Of a stretch of DNA of 64,000 nt, positions 1 through 10,152 are shown piece after piece; positions within the stretch are counted from its first letter, which is position 1; each line of letters opens with the position of its first letter. The stretch is from Eledone cirrhosa. Taxonomy: Eukaryota. The notes below the pieces were generated by a model. The model did not search any database and was not told where the DNA came from. It saw only the letters and a program-made list of their open reading frames with translations. The stretch is from assembly GCA_964016885.1 (NCBI GenBank), contig OZ024740.1:224936001-225000000 (forward strand), given 5' to 3'. A program made the position numbers and the translations under genes.

Positions 1-159
1 AGTAGTCTTCTTTAGTGAATACTGAAACTTATGACAATTAATATGTAATAACAATGGGTGGTGGATTGGCAGGTTCATTAGAGCATATATATGAGAAATG
101 GTGTGCTGTGTTGTTGTGAATGGGATACATAGGAATAAAATTAGTCCTTCATCAGTATA

Positions 160-165
160 AATATA

Positions 166-196
<31 letters not shown>

Positions 197-234
197 TACA
201 TATATATATATATATTACATATATATATATATAT

Positions 235-318
<84 letters not shown>

Positions 319-347
319 TATAAATATATAAATATATATATATATAA
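160..347. repeat. (TA)n microsatellite
   Basis: Near-pure TA dinucleotide tract. It explains the IYIY ORF at 120..323. Confidence 0.95.
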
Positions 348-387
348 ATTACACAATAATCAAAACTATGTTCAAATCATTTTATTT

Positions 388-430
388 CTCACAATCGTTT
401 CTTCCAAACTTTCGTTTGGAATCCTAGGAG
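388..430 (-). ncRNA. Decayed type I hammerhead ribozyme relic
   Basis: Minus strand reads ctc-CT(.)AGGA-ttccaaac gaaa gtttggaa-GAAA-cgattg-T-gag. Stem II is a perfect 8 bp with a GAAA loop and stem I is ctc/gag. Core G5 and H17 appear deleted. Confidence 0.45.
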
Positions 431-530
431 CAATAGCAAAGTTTGGACATATAATTAATTTCCTATTCAACTGAACAATCATATAGATACATAGATATTA
501 ATGTTGTCATCAACAGTTTCGTATTTACAG

Positions 531-660
531 GGTGGAATGGATGTGACAGAGATTACAAGAGAATTGTATAATAATTAAAGAGGCACAAGAGTGGAATGCA
601 TGTGACAGAGATTACAAGAGAATAGTATAATAATTAAAGCAGTATAGAGAGTGCAAATGC
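531..660. repeat. Tandem duplication with a ~59-bp unit
   Basis: gtggaatg..atgtgacagagattacaagagaat.gtataataattaaag occurs twice head to tail. Confidence 0.85.
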
Positions 661-2888
661 ATTAGGCATATACAGGACAGTTAGGTAGGAAACAAGCAAT
701 GGTACTAGACATATTAATTACTGCATGGCAAAGGGATCACATAAAATAACATAGGTTTACAAGCATATCAAGCAGGCAAAGATGTTTGTGTATTAAAATT
801 ATGAGTTTATGGTGAATGTATTGTGATAATTGTTTCTGTAATTTTCAAATGTGCATGTGTTGAGAGTATTATTATTATTGTTATCTTTTCCATTACATTG
901 GTTATATTTTATTTTAGTGAATATTTATAATAAGATACAGCTATGGATTGTATATATATATATATTAATTGTATCATATCAGTTATTAAGATAGATCTAG
1001 ATTGTCAAATAGATCTAGATTGAGTAGAATGAGAGACAGAATACCTTGCAGTACTAAGTAAGTTACATCCCTTTATATTTAGAGCTAAAATGTACCTTTC
1101 ATCTTGTGGAACCTATACAGTAAAAATAATCATGTTATATTGACTATAAGATCTAAATACGTTTGAGAAATAAAAGAAAAATACATTGTGGTATTTGAAT
1201 TGAGCAAATGCATAAGAGAATAATGCATAATTGAATTGAGTAAATGCATAAGTGCAAATACATAATGAGTAAATAGCAATAAGTGCATATTAATAAATAG
1301 ATAATAATGAATAAAAGTAAGATAATAATCAAGTAATAGGATCAATTTTATTAACAACAGCTTCTGAAAACAACAATGATTATGATGATAATGACAATAA
1401 TATTAATATTGATAAAATAATGATAATCGAAGATCTAGAGATAGAAATAACCCAAATGCAGATGAGGAAAACAGGAACAATCACTAGATAATAGGTACTC
1501 TGGCAATGATAAGAAAAAACACACAGAAAGGCACTTAATCAAAATCACAGACTTACAAATATATACCGCATACAGAAAATAGCACTACTAGGCACTGCAC
1601 ACATATTACAATTGTATTTATTACTCTTAAATACAATAGAAACAACAACACCAAAATCAACACTGCACATACTTAAGGCACACAGGGCTGTGCTCAGTAA
1701 GGCAGTGACGACACACAGCAATAATAATAATAATAATAATAATTTGAGGCTTTGAGCCTTAGTTGGTAATCTTTATTAAGATGGATCACTATTCAAACCA
1801 TTCTATCTAATATGGAGCTAACTTGGTTTGCACTGTAATAATTCCAGGGTTTTGAACAATTCTAATGCATTAAGAAACCATAACAATGACCTGATGGGAC
1901 CCCATGTTGATGGACTAATTAAACATGCTACAAAGGTGCTGGTATTTTAATGATTTAAGATAACACAAGGCCAGTCGTGCTGGCATAAATTGAGTGGCAG
2001 AAATTATTAGGTAATATGAAGGCAGTGTGATGACTCACAGCATGAACAGGCCTTGTGCCTGAGGATTGACAAAATATGAATGCATGTCCCCTAAGAGGTG
2101 TCTTTTATTTTCAATGTGAGATTGCATTTAGTTGCTTCAGTTTTCGAAGATGAATGAGTCAGACAGAAATTTAGATACTGATTCAATAGGCATATGCCAG
2201 ACTTTCTTCATAGTAGTGGTGGTGGTAGTGATGGTAGTAGACGTAAATTACCAAGATTCAGTCAAGTAAAGGTGACAAATGAGACAGACATCTTTTAAAT
2301 TAAATTTGGTTCAGTGTACATCAAAAGAAGATAAATGAGAAAATGCCTTTCCTTGTAAATGTTCAGACATTTTCTGTCAAAGACCTAACAGAGCCATTAT
2401 TGTAAGCATGTAGTTTCTAAATAGCTTACTATGCACAGCTCATAATGACTTAGTCGTTCTATGCATTTTTACTTGCTTGTTTTCAGTTTTTAATCATTTT
2501 ACTATTCTATTATATTGATTAGCCTGTGAGGCCTCCCAAAGAAAATAAGACAGGATCGAGACACACTAGAAAATTCTGTTGTCATTATCATAATTTTTTT
2601 TATGTTGACCCCTTCCCCTAAGAAAGGATCAAGACACATTAGATAATGTTGTCATCATCATCATTGATTTTTATGTTGACCACTCACCTCCATTCTAGCA
2701 TGGGCTGGATGGGAATTGTTGAGGCCTTGTTATCCAGTCAGATGCTCTTCCTGACACCAACCCTTTCAATCACTTCTTTTGACACACAGGGATACGGTAT
2801 ACATATTCTTAACCCATTCTATGTTGAATGCTAAACTGATGTGCCAAACAATTTTGATGGTAATGATGATAATAATAATGATAATAAT

Positions 2889-3071
2889 AATTGTTTCTAC
2901 TTTAGGCACAAGGCCAGCAATTACCCAGTGCATTACTGGTACTTTATTGTATCGACCCCGTAAGGATGAAAGGCAAAGTCAACCTCGGCGGGATTTGAAC
3001 TCAGATCGTAAAGGGACGTAACTTTGCTGGAAAGCATGGCGTCCAACCCTCTACTGATACTACCAATCCAA
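2889..3071 (-). mobile_element. SINE with Nin/Deu-like central domain
   Basis: Reverse complement contains gagttcaaatcccgccgaggttgactttgcctttcatccttacggggtcgat...aagtaccagt. Near-identical copies at 27196, 34956 and 56646. Confidence 0.8.
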
Positions 3072-3689
3072 TGGTTTCTAATTTAGGCACAAGGTCAACA
3101 ATTTTTTGGGGGAGGATTAAATTGACCCCATTGTACTCATGATGCTTTATTTTATAGACCATGTAGGGATGTAACTATATGCAGAAGAGCTTCTTCTGTG
3201 ATGCTCTGCTGATATTGCTAATCCACTGCCCTTCACAGGTCACATTGATTCTTTAACACTTTTCTTTTTTGTGGTTGTTGTGGTGGGGAACTTGGAGGGT
3301 ATGAGTTGGGGCAGTCCCAGTTCAAATCACCATCCAGGTCTGTATTTGGAGATTTTGTGACAGTGGATGACTTTTCAACCTTAGGATGGGCTCTTCCTCA
3401 GGTGATGAATGTGCTTCCTGATCAACCTTAAAAGCAGCAATTTGACGTACTATTCTGATTCTTGTTTTTCCCATAAAGCATTTTTGTGTTATGCAGAAGG
3501 TTGTCACAGGTTTGCATGTTTGTTACTTGAGACACCATTTGTCATGACGTTATATGTTCATAAAAAAATTTTTGTGAACTGCTTTGTTTGTAATGAGAGG
3601 TGATATTAGTATGCTTTAGGTAAGCCTTCTCAAGAGAGACACATCTGAAGCTTTTACAAAATATGGAGAATACAAAGTCAAAATAGCAA

Positions 3690-5850
3690 AACTTATTTGG
3701 ATGATTACAGGTTAGCAAATGTTAAGAGGGATACCCTCAGAAATAATAGAGTCAGAGATACAGAATTACTTGTAAAAAGGAAGCAAAGGTTTGAAAAAGT
3801 CAGAAATTTTAATAAACCAAATGAAAATAACCAGTAAAACGGAATAGAAACAGAGTTTGAAGACCAAGTATTTGCTGAAGAACACAGAGAGTCTATGATT
3901 GAAATGAAGCACAACATTTTAAATGAGTTAGCATTTGTAAGACATACAAGTATGAATGATAGAAAACCACTTAAAAATCTCTCAAATAGAAACCAAAATG
4001 AAAAGAAAAAACTAAATCAGTGACTATGCAACAAAAATATTCATTCAAGAATTAGAACCTGATCTTATTGAGTTAAATAAAATTATTCATGCATTTGCTA
4101 GGGTAATTGAAACAAGTCGTATGCTACCAAAAAACAAAAACAAACTTAAAAAGAAAGCCACAAGTGAGAAATAAAATTGAAAAAAAAAAAGAATTGAATT
4201 AAAGAGAGGAGAAATATAAATATTAAATGAACTAAGCTAAGATCCAGAAAAGGAAGAAAGTTGAAGGGAAAATATGGATTTTCATCAAGAGAAGATCTGA
4301 TATCAACAAAGGAAACACTGAAACAAATTTCAAGTAAAGGCTCAAAGAATATGAAGGTTTGAGAAAAGAAACAATTCTTAAAAGCAAAATAAGTTTTTCA
4401 GAAGAAATTTCAAATCATTTCACAAAGAAATAGGGTAGGAGAAAATAACCACTGAAGACACACACCCCTCCCATGGAAGAAGTTGAAAGGTGTTGGAAAA
4501 CGATTTGGAGTCATGAGAAGGCGTTCAATGAAAATATAGATTGGATTAAATGCACAAAAGAATCCTACACAAATTTAAAAGAACAAATATGGGAAGACGT
4601 CTTAATAGCAGTCATAAGGATGGCACACACAAAGGCTCATAAGTGGAAATCTGGTAAAGAAAGGCGACCAAATGTCTGGCTTTCATTGCTTTCATGAACA
4701 TTTAAAAAGGAAGTCCAGCTGCTCAATGAAATTATGACAGATCCTGAAAATATACCTGACTAGGTAACAAGTGGTATTACTTATTTACTACCAAAGAATA
4801 ATGAAACCAAAGATTAAAAGACTATCAGCAGGGAGAAGAAATTTGTTTATGGAAGAGAATAATATTTTCTCTATTGAACAAAAAGAGTGTCGATGAGGTT
4901 CATATCGATGTAAAGATCAACTCTTAATTAATCATATGATCTTTTAGAACTGTCATAGATAGTGCAGCCATTTAAGTTCCATATGGACTATGACAGCAAA
5001 ACCCATTCAAGGAATCTGAAATCACTAGAGATCTTCAACATTTCTCCTGTAATTTTAAACTTTCTAAAATATATGTGATTATGGAACACAAATATCCAAT
5101 TATATCATTCTGATGGAGTACTAAGTTCAAACAACATTAGGATCAACTGGTATTTTCCAAGATGACTTACTTTCACCTCTAATGTTTACATAACTCAAAT
5201 ACGCACTGCTATCAAACCTAACAGAACAAGGTATGATTAGCAACAGGAAAATAAGCCATCTATTTTATATGAATGACAAACCCCATGGCAAAAACAATAA
5301 TGAGCTTGAAGGCCTTTTACATACTGTGAAAGCACGCAGTGATGAAAGTGGAGTGGAGATTAGGCTTGATAAGTGTCCCAAGGCCACTTTCAAGAAATCA
5401 TATGTTGAAACACTTATAAAAGAACTTGAGCAGGTACAAACCCTTAAATACCTAGATATAAAATGAAGGCTTCAACATGCATCATGCAAGCATGTTAGAG
5501 AAGATAAGGAAGTAATGTTAAAGCAGAGGATGAACAGTTCTGAAATCTGAGCTAAATGCACATAACATAGTGTTAGCATACATTTGTTAACAATTCCAGT
5601 CATTAGTTATAGCTTCAATGTGTTGAACTAAAACATCAGTGAAATAAAAAGAATTAACACAAAAAAATTGTAAGTTGCTGACTTGTAATAAGATGCACCA
5701 CCCATAGAAAAAGGTGGATTATCTTTATATTCCCAGAACTCAAGAAGGCCAAGGCTTAACCCTATTTGAACTGTCTTAGAAACTAGCACAATTGAACTGG
5801 GTGGCCAAATATCTTGAAATAACATTTGGAAGACATAACTGAGAAAGTCT
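3690..5850 (+). pseudogene. Decayed non-LTR retrotransposon ORF (R4/Dong-like RT)
   Basis: Fragmentary frames carry WKTIWS, HKWKS, ISHLFYMND (YMDD equivalent), LDKC and LKYL motifs, with many stops and frameshifts. Boundaries are approximate. Confidence 0.7.
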
Positions 5851-6098
5851 AGAAATATTAATAATTGATTTAGGAATTTTATTGTCCCAATTGATTGCAA
5901 AGAACTCACATGGAAATTCTCTGTGATCTCATTTTAATGTTCACCAAATATTTCTGGATTCCTGAACTCATGATGTCAGAATATTTGAGTATTGTCTCAT
6001 CTTGTACACTTGGTTGTATTGTGTGCTGAATGATGTATTGATTATATATATATATCATGACGATGATAATGATATATAATATATATATATATATATAT

Positions 6099-6991
6099 AT
6101 AGGAACCAGTAAGACCCCGACAGCTGAGCTCAAGCCGTTTCGACGGCTAATTCTGGACTAAATGAACATTTATCCTGGTATTTAAATAGCCGATCTTCTC
6201 AAGGGGTAATTCCATATATGGTCAAAGTGATTGTCAAAAATCAGTAGTAATTCTGTGGTTGCAAATTAGTAGGGGAGATGGTGGCTAAACCTGCCAGTAG
6301 GAGAAAGAGGGGAGGGGGTGGAGTAGACCCAATCAAGCGTTGGTAGTGCCAGCTACAGCTGGGCATGAGGTCAAAGAAGATACAGGGGAGGGGGAGGGGG
6401 AGGAAGTCGGAACGGTAGGTAGAACAATGGGGGGTAAAAATAGGAAAGAAAAAATACTGAGAGTGAAGAAAAGCAAATAAGTGTAAAGAAAAAATTAAAT
6501 TCTACGACCTAGGTGTCAGGCTATTGTTAGGCGAGAATAAAATAAAGAAAGAAAGAAAGAAGTAAATAAATAAATAAATAAATAAATAAGGAAATAAGTA
6601 AAAGAACTAGGTGGGACGAATTAGGCAAGGACCCTTTTAAGAGGTATAAGTACGTAAATGATACGGTGACTGGTCAACAAAAGGGGCCAAAATACTAAAG
6701 AGACTACCACGAAATAAACAATAAAGGTTTCCATCCCGGGCCAGCAACGACCCAGTGCAGCAAAGTGAACTTGTACGACATAATAATTCTGAGTCCCGGG
6801 AAAAATATATACTAATGCTAACTCTAAAAGATCTAAAACAAGCTACATGAAAGTTCGTACGAAATAAAGGTAGAATACGGAGAAATAAGTTCAGAATCCA
6901 CCCCGCCCAGAAGAAAAGCGAAGCAAGAAATACTGAAACGAAAAAATAAGGCATAAGTGCCACTAAGAAATATAGAGGGCACAGAGAATAG
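6099..6991 (-). repeat. Inverted pLTR copy (left arm)
   Basis: Reverse complement of 8859..9751, with mirror coordinates summing to 15850. ORF 6637..6963(-) translates identically to the C-terminal 108 aa of 8833..9213(+). Confidence 0.95.
6114..6207 (-). ncRNA. Type I hammerhead ribozyme, U3-A8 variant (mirror copy)
   Basis: Exact reverse complement of 9643..9736. Confidence 0.8.
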
Positions 6992-6996
6992 AGGGC

Positions 6997-8544
6997 ACAG
7001 ACATAGGGAGAATCAGCAAAAAAATCCTAGACCGCGTGATACCAAAAGTCAAGCAACACACCCGACTTAGCCTATGGATCAACACCCAGGAAGTAATCTC
7101 CTGGTTCAGCAATATGGAGGATAAACGAGAAACTAAATTCATACAGTTCGACATAGAGAGCTACTATGCTTCAATCACCTTACCGCTACTTACTGCCGCC
7201 TTGGACTTCGCCGAAACACTCGTGCCCATCACCGACCAGGAAAGAAAAATCATCCTCCACGCCAGGAAGACAGTCTTACTCTTTGACGACTCTAAATGGA
7301 TAAAAAGAGCTCCCGACTCACCCTTCGACGTCAGCATGGGCGCCACGGATTCGGCGGAGGTCACTGATCTTATAGGATTATTCCTAATAGCCAAACTCAC
7401 TGATATGTTTCCTGCATTCGGTGGTGGATTGTACCGTGATGATGGGCTCCTTACCCTTAAAGGGTACAACCCCAGTAGTACAGATCGGGTCCGGAAACAA
7501 TTAATCAGATTCTTCCGCGACTGGGGATTTAAAATAACCCTACAAACGTCCCTGACCCGAGTAAACTTCCTGGACGTAACCCTCGACCTCGAAAACGACC
7601 TGTACTACCCATACAGGAAACCTAATGACAATCTGCACTACATCCACCGCCGATCAAACCATCCTAGGAACATCACAAACAACCTGGTCAAAAACATCTC
7701 CCTCCGCATATCCCGTTTGTCAGCTAATGAGCGGATATTCGATGAACATGCGCCTTATTACAACCAGGCCCTCAAGCGGAGTGGTTTCCGGGAGGAAATA
7801 TCCTACTGTCCAGATCCCATTAGCGGAACCAGCAGGAGACACCGCCGCTCACGCAATGTAACATGGTTCAATCCTCCCCACAACGCAGAGGTGACTACTC
7901 CCATCGGGAAACTATTCTTTAGGCTCATTGAAAAACACTTCCCATTACAACACCGCTACCACAACATAATTAACAAAAATACCATCAAACTCTCTTACAG
8001 CACTACACCAAACTTCGCACAAAACATCGTCTCCTCTAACAACAAAAAACTCAACCCCGATGGCAGAAATAACCTAAATAGCAGTGGAGAACCGACCAGG
8101 AGGTGTAACTGCCCGGATAGATCTATTTGCCCACTCGACAATAGATGCAGAGACCGTAATGTGATCTACCAGTGCAACGTGAGGACGGATACCTCCAACA
8201 AAGCCTATATAGGACTTACCGCATGTGACTTCAAGACCCGGCTATACCAACATAGACATACCTTCCGAAACCCGGCCCGGCGTCACGCCACTACACTTTC
8301 GGGCCACATATGGGACCTCAAGGACAACAACATCACCTATGATCTCACTTGGAGATTACTGTCCAGAGCCAATTCTTACACGGGAGGACGCCGTCCGTGC
8401 AATTTATGCTCGGAGGAAACTTTACAAATGCTGTTTTCGACGGACCAACTCCTAAACAAGAAAGATGAACTGGTTACTGCATGTAAACATAGATTGCGTA
8501 GGACTTACCTCGCCCTCAAACCCCATAATGACCCGGGGGGGTAG
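6997..8544 (+). CDS. PLE reverse transcriptase plus GIY-YIG endonuclease, N-terminally truncated, otherwise uninterrupted
   Basis: RT motifs QFDIESYY, MGATDSAEV, GLYRDDGL and NFLDVTLDL. Linker CNCPDRSICPLDNRC. Endonuclease VIY...AYIGLT...FKTRLYQH and CNLCSEE. The frame extends upstream of GTG 7036 as TDIGRISKKILD. Confidence 0.93.
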   Translation, partial: TDIGRISKKILDRVIPKVKQHTRLSLWINTQEVISWFSNMEDKRETKFIQFDIESYYASITLPLLTAALDFAETLVPITDQERKIILHARKTVLLFDDSKWIKRAPDSPFDVSMGATDSAEVTDLIGLFLIAKLTDMFPAFGGGLYRDDGLLTLKGYNPSSTDRVRKQLIRFFRDWGFKITLQTSLTRVNFLDVTLDLENDLYYPYRKPNDNLHYIHRRSNHPRNITNNLVKNISLRISRLSANERIFDEHAPYYNQALKRSGFREEISYCPDPISGTSRRHRRSRNVTWFNPPHNAEVTTPIGKLFFRLIEKHFPLQHRYHNIINKNTIKLSYSTTPNFAQNIVSSNNKKLNPDGRNNLNSSGEPTRRCNCPDRSICPLDNRCRDRNVIYQCNVRTDTSNKAYIGLTACDFKTRLYQHRHTFRNPARRHATTLSGHIWDLKDNNITYDLTWRLLSRANSYTGGRRPCNLCSEETLQMLFSTDQLLNKKDELVTACKHRLRRTYLALKPHNDPGG

Positions 8545-8858
8545 ACTAGGGCTATAACACCCCAGTTGCCGATTTTGCAATGGGTAACCCCTGCTTGCCA
8601 AGGAAGACGTAAGATCTTCTTTGTATTCTTTTATCGCATCCTTTATTTCCTTCCCCCCTCTCTCCTTTGTCCTTCTACCCCAGCTCTTCTCCTTTGTCGG
8701 CGTCTTTTCTCGCCCACCCGAGGCTGCCCTTTGGCCCCATGTAGCCTTAGTACCCCCACTCCCCCCTCCCCTAGTCTTTGATAGATTTGGCGGACTCCGC
8801 CCTTTATAGCAGTTGGCTTAGACCCCGGATACTTGCCCCCCTTTTCCGACCGCTCCCA

Positions 8859-9751
8859 CTATTCTCTGTGCCCTCTATATTTCTTAGTGGCACTTATGCC
8901 TTATTTTTTCGTTTCAGTATTTCTTGCTTCGCTTTTCTTCTGGGCGGGGTGGATTCTGAACTTATTTCTCCGTATTCTACCTTTATTTCGTACGAACTTT
9001 CATGTAGCTTGTTTTAGATCTTTTAGAGTTAGCATTAGTATATATTTTTCCCGGGACTCAGAATTATTATGTCGTACAAGTTCACTTTGCTGCACTGGGT
9101 CGTTGCTGGCCCGGGATGGAAACCTTTATTGTTTATTTCGTGGTAGTCTCTTTAGTATTTTGGCCCCTTTTGTTGACCAGTCACCGTATCATTTACGTAC
9201 TTATACCTCTTAAAAGGGTCCTTGCCTAATTCGTCCCACCTAGTTCTTTTACTTATTTCCTTATTTATTTATTTATTTATTTATTTACTTCTTTCTTTCT
9301 TTCTTTATTTTATTCTCGCCTAACAATAGCCTGACACCTAGGTCGTAGAATTTAATTTTTTCTTTACACTTATTTGCTTTTCTTCACTCTCAGTATTTTT
9401 TCTTTCCTATTTTTACCCCCCATTGTTCTACCTACCGTTCCGACTTCCTCCCCCTCCCCCTCCCCTGTATCTTCTTTGACCTCATGCCCAGCTGTAGCTG
9501 GCACTACCAACGCTTGATTGGGTCTACTCCACCCCCTCCCCTCTTTCTCCTACTGGCAGGTTTAGCCACCATCTCCCCTACTAATTTGCAACCACAGAAT
9601 TACTACTGATTTTTGACAATCACTTTGACCATATATGGAATTACCCCTTGAGAAGATCGGCTATTTAAATACCAGGATAAATGTTCATTTAGTCCAGAAT
9701 TAGCCGTCGAAACGGCTTGAGCTCAGCTGTCGGGGTCTTACTGGTTCCTAT
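8859..9751 (+). repeat. 3' pLTR region (right arm)
   Basis: Pyrimidine-rich 3' region that is duplicated in inverted orientation at 6099..6991. Confidence 0.95.
9643..9736 (+). ncRNA. Type I hammerhead ribozyme, U3-A8 variant with extended stem II
   Basis: acccc-TTGAGAA-ga(t)cggcta...tagccgtc-GAAA-cggct tgagctc agctg-TC-ggggt. All three stems pair and the triplet is GUC. Predicted cleavage is after 9731. Confidence 0.8.
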
Positions 9752-9827
9752 TACCCACTCTACTACCTCAAGTATTGAGTACTTTGGTGCGTTATGGTCC
9801 ACCTGGTTCCTTACCACATTTCCTTCG

Positions 9828-9872
<45 letters not shown>

Positions 9873-9880
9873 ATAGAAGG

Positions 9881-9931
9881 AGCTTCTACAGGACTAGTAC
9901 TGTTTCATTCAGATGAAATCTTCAGGAAGCT
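9881..9931 (-). ncRNA. Type I hammerhead ribozyme, canonical core
   Basis: Minus strand reads agcttc-CTGAAGA-tttc atct gaat-GAAA-cag tactagtc ctg-TA-gaagct. Stem I is a perfect 6 bp and the triplet is GUA. Confidence 0.88.
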
Positions 9932-10108
9932 GGGTGTCATCTTCAAGGAGGTATTGAGGTCGATTCTTGTTAGCATATTTTCTTGAGGATGGTTATAAGG
10001 GCACTAGGGTGTGCTTGGATACGTAGGTCCCGGGTTGAGTCGGGGATAACCACAGTAAGTAAGATACTCAATACATGGCAGAGTAAAATTTTTTTATTTT
10101 ATAGAAGG

Positions 10109-10152
10109 AGCTTCTACAGGACTAGTACTGTTTCATTCAGATGAAATCTTCA
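10109..10152 (-). ncRNA. Truncated second copy of the 9881 hammerhead
   Basis: Identical to 9881..9924 but cut by (TA)n, losing C3 and the 5' strand of stem I. Confidence 0.75.

Larger units (their letters stand above)
6099..9828 (+). mobile_element. Penelope-like retroelement (Naiad-type), 5'-truncated, with inverted pLTR, inserted in (TA)n
   Basis: RT-GIY-YIG ORF lies between 893-bp inverted repeats (6099..6991 and 8859..9751). The right arm carries an extra ~77-nt tail. TA tracts flank both ends. Confidence 0.93.
9867..10152 (-). mobile_element. Short non-coding HHR-bearing element (retrozyme-like, 228-nt unit)
   Basis: 58-bp direct repeats (9867..9924 and 10095..10152) overlap the HHR motifs. 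TA tracts lie on both sides. Confidence 0.75.

Noticed and set aside
7036-8544. Selenoprotein-type Naiad (in-frame UGA plus SECIS)
   Set aside because: The retained ORF has no in-frame TGA and its cysteines use TGT/TGC. I recognised no SECIS.
8566-9213. Hydrophobic ORFs in the PLE 3' region and their mirror at 6637..6963
   Set aside because: They are a by-product of pyrimidine-rich composition. The duplication is explained by the inverted repeat.
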